From sequence record SRR9188677_155: 42,493 bases of DNA. One strand, written 5' to 3'. Shown one piece after another: positions 38,792 to 42,493 of this stretch. Each line of letters starts with the position of its first letter. Position 1 is the stretch's first letter. The position numbers and the translations under genes are program-made. The notes beneath the pieces are model-generated. The model had not been told where the DNA came from. It saw nothing but the letters and a program-made list of their open reading frames with translations, and made no database searches.

Positions 38792-40216
38792 TTAAATGTT
38801 CGCTATCAGTGTTTGAATCCCTTTATCAAAAGTTGAAACGCCGTTTCCAACCGGGTTTCCAACCGGGTTTCCAACCGGGTTCGAAACCGGTATACTCTTG
38901 ATGCTTCTTAACCACGCAATCAGATCGGGAATACCACGGCCGAAATCCAGCCAAAGGGTTTTTTCGTCAGTCAAATCCTGAAGATCGTCCAGCGGATACT
39001 TTTCTTCCCTTTCTGCGATGAGCTGACGGATATTACTGAGCTTGTTTGCTACAAAAGCTTTGATGTTATCTCCCAGGCTTTGATCCATGAAAGCATCATC
39101 CAAGTGGCACGGAATCAGTTTCACTCCGGCTTCCCTTGTAATCGAAATTTCTTTGCTTACCCAGGGAGATTCCAGGCTGTCCTTCGATATCACCACCACC
39201 ACCGCATCCATCTGCTTAATCCGACTCATGAAATTCCGGATTTTTTCACCGGCTGGCATCGATACATCATCAATGATTACGTCGAAATCTGCGGCTTCCA
39301 GTCCGTCCCGGATTTTAGCAACCATCGCCTCGTCCTTGTGCCGGTAGGAGATGAAAATCTTCTTTTTTTGCGATGCACGGAGTCTTCCTTCGCTTTTACA
39401 CTTTGAATACAGCTCATTCAGAAAATCGATGGGCTGAATGGTGTAGAAATCCATCTCCAGACGGCGGGCGATGAACGTGCTCATTTTGTCACTTTGCTCG
39501 GCTGGTAACAGGGAGTATTTCAGAAGCTTTTCGTTATTACCATTTCTGGGAACAAACAGGCGGAGCAGCATTTGCAAATACCACTTTTCGAAATGAACAC
39601 CCAGAAATAGAAAACTTTTGGCACGTTTCAGCGCTTCTTCTACTTCCCGGGGAATCGGCCGTAACGCCAGAATTCCCTGCAGGTAGGAAAAAAGATGATC
39701 AAAAGTAAGCACCGCATCCGGCGGGTCGATAGATCCTAAAATGTTATAAATGAGCGGGATATCTCTGGACGGCTTTTCAGTTGGAAGGGGTGCGTCGGTT
39801 CGGGGATAATAGCTGAAATTGTGCCGGATCTTTTGTTTGTCGAAACTCTTCGTCAGCCGCTGATCGGGCAACAAGGAGATAATGAGATGAAAAGGCAGCA
39901 ATGCGATTTTATCAAAAGGCTCGTCAAATTCGGTCCGGCTGGCATAAAACCTTTCCAAAAAGAGATACAATGCCGTTTCCCGTCCTCCGATTTTAAGCTG
40001 CAAAAGTTCTTCGTGATCGAAGAAAAACTGTGTATCTACCTCGACATGCTTTTGAATGTTGGTGTCGTTTCGCAATTCATCACAAAGAATCTGAAAAAGA
40101 GTCTGATTGTTTTTGTACTCGATCAGATCAGGACCTAAAACCAGAATGCACTGCTGCTGGCGTATCTCATACAGAATCTGATCCCATTCTATATTGTTCT
40201 TCCAGTCGTTATCCAT
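38792..40216 (-). CDS. SIR2-like (SIR2_2, degenerate) domain fused to a TIR domain
   Basis: CILVLGP, LIISLLPD, LIYNILGS, SFLFLGVHFEKWYL; TIR KIFISYRHKD...VVVISKDSLESPWVSKE. Confidence 0.85.
   Translation of the reverse strand: MDNDWKNNIEWDQILYEIRQQQCILVLGPDLIEYKNNQTLFQILCDELRNDTNIQKHVEVDTQFFFDHEELLQLKIGGRETALYLFLERFYASRTEFDEPFDKIALLPFHLIISLLPDQRLTKSFDKQKIRHNFSYYPRTDAPLPTEKPSRDIPLIYNILGSIDPPDAVLTFDHLFSYLQGILALRPIPREVEEALKRAKSFLFLGVHFEKWYLQMLLRLFVPRNGNNEKLLKYSLLPAEQSDKMSTFIARRLEMDFYTIQPIDFLNELYSKCKSEGRLRASQKKKIFISYRHKDEAMVAKIRDGLEAADFDVIIDDVSMPAGEKIRNFMSRIKQMDAVVVVISKDSLESPWVSKEISITREAGVKLIPCHLDDAFMDQSLGDNIKAFVANKLSNIRQLIAEREEKYPLDDLQDLTDEKTLWLDFGRGIPDLIAWLRSIKSIPVSNPVGNPVGNPVGNGVSTFDKGIQTLIANI
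38843..38890. repeat. In-frame 12-bp tandem repeat
   Basis: GTTTCCAACCGG x3 plus a degenerate GTTCGAAACCGG; encodes PVSN-PVGN-PVGN-PVGN. Confidence 0.95.
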
Positions 40217-40369
40217 TGCAAGGTTTCATAAGCGTTAAGTGGTTGAATTTAAGATTTTTCTGAAACATTTCAGAAATTTAATACCTGGTATTTATTAAAT
40301 GGTCGGGCGATTGCAAGGCGTCCTTCCTGAGGTTTCTGGTCACCTTGTAAGCACTTTAACCCAGCCAAC

Positions 40370-42112
40370 TCATGGCTGATCCTTAACCTTGTTAAGCGAA
40401 TCCATTGTTTTTTTCGTCTCTACCAATCTCAATGAATCGTTAATTACGTAATGTGGACGCGAATTCGATCTTGCTATCTTAATCATGGCTTTGAGAATGT
40501 CGTATTTCAACGACTGGAAAGCCAGGGCAACCTTTGGGTCGTTTGGATAGCCCTTACTAAGTTTATCCAAACTTTCCACCAGGTCTGAATTGTAATTCCT
40601 TACAAGGTCAATTCTTTCCAGATTTCGCTGACTTTCTAATTTATCCTTCTGTTTTTCTTTTTTGAATTTAATGTAGTCTCGCCCAACTAGAATGAACAGA
40701 ATCGACAGTACGCCAAAACATCCCCATATGATCCGACTCGTACGCTTCAGCCTGAAATTCAGGTTTTCAAACTTTGTCGCCGTCTGACGTTCCGTCTCTA
40801 TCTGCCTTTGAAGTTCTTCCTGATAGCGTTCCTGTTCAGCCATCGCAGCAAGCGCTTCCGTTTCTTTTTCTTTGGTAATACGTATAGCCGCAACTTTCTG
40901 AATCGGCTCAATCAGCGTATCATGGCTTACCTCGTAGAGCAATCGCCCGGCGGCATCACGTTCCTTCCGCAGTAGTGAGCTTTCTTCCAGGGTTTTTAGC
41001 AATGACTGGCTTACATTAAATTCTTCTTCAATAAAGGCGTCGGAGAGCGAATTGCGGCGATCGTTGGTAATGAGCTTTTCCTCAATCAATTTCTGCGCTT
41101 TTTGTCGATCTGCGTCAGGAAGTCTTGTCAAAACGGCTTCATAATATCTTTGAAAGATATTGGTGATATCGCTAAAATCCTCAGCAGTTATTTCGGTCTT
41201 CCCAAATTCGTTCACCAGCCTGTCTTCAACATACCGGCATACGATTTGAAGCATCGCCGTTTCTATGGTTCCATCCAGTTTGTTGGCAATACCATCGATG
41301 ATTTTAGAGACTGCCGTAGGCGAATAAATGAAAGGTTTTGTAACGTAATTGCCTTCCAATTGCGAAGGATTGGTAATAGCTTCCCTAGCCTGCGGCTGAT
41401 TCAAGGGCGCCAGTTCGTAGCAGTTTTGCAAGATTCCCGGGTGGTGGTAAGTCAGGTTATTCACCTGCGACAACCGGTCCGACCTTATGGAAAAGACAAT
41501 CTTAACCTCCGGCATTTCGTACAGAACTTCGTGAAAGTCGTCTTCTATTAGTCCTTCGGCATCCAGCTCTGCTAATTTTCTACGATACTTAACTGGAACC
41601 GGGCTGTAAAGTATTTCCGCCAGTTGTTCTGAAAAGGCTTCTATTTCTATCTTGGGATAGGTAAAGAGCTCTTCGAACTGGTCAAAAAACAGAATGAATG
41701 GCCTGTCTGGATAATGTTTTTGCAAAGTTTTGATCCAATGCCAAAACGAATCAGTACCATCTGTTAACAGATTTATGGGGGAATTCAATATTTGCTCCTC
41801 TGTCAGGCTGTTCCTAAGCCGCTGATTTACTGTGTCGGTGGGAATTACGCCCTGATCTTCTGCTTTAAGGTAGTTGTTGAACCGGATAGAGAAATCCAGG
41901 TAAGGCGTTTCTGCTTTAAGTTTGGGTAAAATGCCAGCGTTTAATAGTGAACTTTTGCCATAACCGCTTTTGCCATACAATGTTACAACTTGCTTAACAA
42001 AAATGAGGCTGAACAAATCAGCGATGTCTTTCTCGCGGCCAAAAAACAGGTTTTGCTCCTCAACCGTAAAGGGTTTTACGCCGGGATACCGGTTTCGCAA
42101 AGCTGCAATCAT
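40370..42112 (-). CDS. nSTAND1-type P-loop NTPase paralogue with coiled coil, one TM helix and a different C-terminus
   Basis: Same motifs as 36981..38780 (GKSGYGKS, FFDQFEELF, YEVSHDTL); TM IIWGCFGVLSILFILVG. Confidence 0.88.
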   Translation of the reverse strand: MIAALRNRYPGVKPFTVEEQNLFFGREKDIADLFSLIFVKQVVTLYGKSGYGKSSLLNAGILPKLKAETPYLDFSIRFNNYLKAEDQGVIPTDTVNQRLRNSLTEEQILNSPINLLTDGTDSFWHWIKTLQKHYPDRPFILFFDQFEELFTYPKIEIEAFSEQLAEILYSPVPVKYRRKLAELDAEGLIEDDFHEVLYEMPEVKIVFSIRSDRLSQVNNLTYHHPGILQNCYELAPLNQPQAREAITNPSQLEGNYVTKPFIYSPTAVSKIIDGIANKLDGTIETAMLQIVCRYVEDRLVNEFGKTEITAEDFSDITNIFQRYYEAVLTRLPDADRQKAQKLIEEKLITNDRRNSLSDAFIEEEFNVSQSLLKTLEESSLLRKERDAAGRLLYEVSHDTLIEPIQKVAAIRITKEKETEALAAMAEQERYQEELQRQIETERQTATKFENLNFRLKRTSRIIWGCFGVLSILFILVGRDYIKFKKEKQKDKLESQRNLERIDLVRNYNSDLVESLDKLSKGYPNDPKVALAFQSLKYDILKAMIKIARSNSRPHYVINDSLRLVETKKTMDSLNKVKDQP

Positions 42113-42245
42113 AACGAGGGTTTTTACAAAAGTTGAGTAACTTAATTTAATATTTATGAAAAGTATATGTGCTTGTTTTCATACTATTTATTCAGTGTTT
42201 TTTGCAAACTATAAACCCGAATTAGGAGACACAATTTATTCAATC

Positions 42246-42336
42246 CTATTCAACCCTTGTCAGAGTTGACCTGTACGGTGGTATTTCAAACCCGGGGCTT
42301 CACCCCGGGCTATTCATATTTAAGCCCTCCGGGCTT
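42246..42336. repeat. Second REP-like family (double hairpin)
   Basis: CCCGGGG-CTTCA-CCCCGGG (42291-42309), a linker, then AAGCCC-TCC-GGGCTT (42322-42336). A degenerate ATTCAACCCTTGTCAGAGTTG lies upstream. Confidence 0.65.
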
Positions 42337-42401
42337 TCTGACCTAATCCGATCGTCGGGTGCAGTTGAATGCCAGAGCCTTGTTACCGAGTGCGTTGGCT
42401 T

Positions 42402-42492
42402 GGCGAAAAAGCGGGGTGTGCGCGGGCTCAAGCGTGGAAGCTTTTTTTCGCCTTGAATTTTTTGTTACTTTTTGTTTCAAGACAAAAAGTAA
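42402..42492. repeat. Structured intergenic element with two stem-loops at the window edge
   Basis: GGCGAAAAAGC...GCTTTTTTTCGCC (42402-42452) and a perfect 11-bp stem TTACTTTTTGT-TTCAAG-ACAAAAAGTAA (42465-42492). Confidence 0.6.
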
Positions 42493-42493
42493 G

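Noticed and set aside
38792-40216. Calling the SIR2/TIR gene Thoeris or Dsr
   Set aside because: There is no SLOG or macro domain, SIR2 and TIR are fused, the SIR2 catalytic residues look degenerate, and the neighbours are nSTAND1 NTPases.
1-42493. tRNA, rRNA, integrase, transposase or prophage genes
   Set aside because: None recognised by eye; mobility is suggested only indirectly by repeats and remnants.

Overview
This is an accessory region from a Bacteroidota genome, probably Cytophagales (inferred from the SusC/SusD pair and TAnnTTTG promoter motifs). The left part has a partial SnoaL-like gene, a hydrolase remnant and an SMP-30-type lipoprotein. Next is a sugar-uptake locus with no glycoside hydrolase: GntR, SusC, SusD, a ROK kinase/phosphomannose-isomerase-like fusion and an MFS sugar porter. 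The middle is a patchwork of stand-alone genes: DUF1624, VOC-GNAT, ankyrin, NTF2-like, a TPR lipoprotein, two PQQ dehydrogenases, a methyltransferase, NmrA and a di-heme peroxidase. Many junctions between them carry short REP-like palindromes. There are two NLR-like (STAND NTPase) loci. The first is a single-gene TIR/DUF4062-like-STAND-TPR protein at 25.7-29.4 kb. The second, and most notable, is a four-gene cluster at 34.1-42.1 kb. It has two paralogous membrane-anchored nSTAND1 NTPases with unrelated C-termini, a degenerate-SIR2/TIR fusion, and a separately encoded WD40 protein with its own signal peptide. This looks like a split, envelope-sensing NLR-type system, and it sits directly next to a decayed type IIG restriction-modification remnant. 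All domain calls come from recognising motifs by eye; no searches were run.
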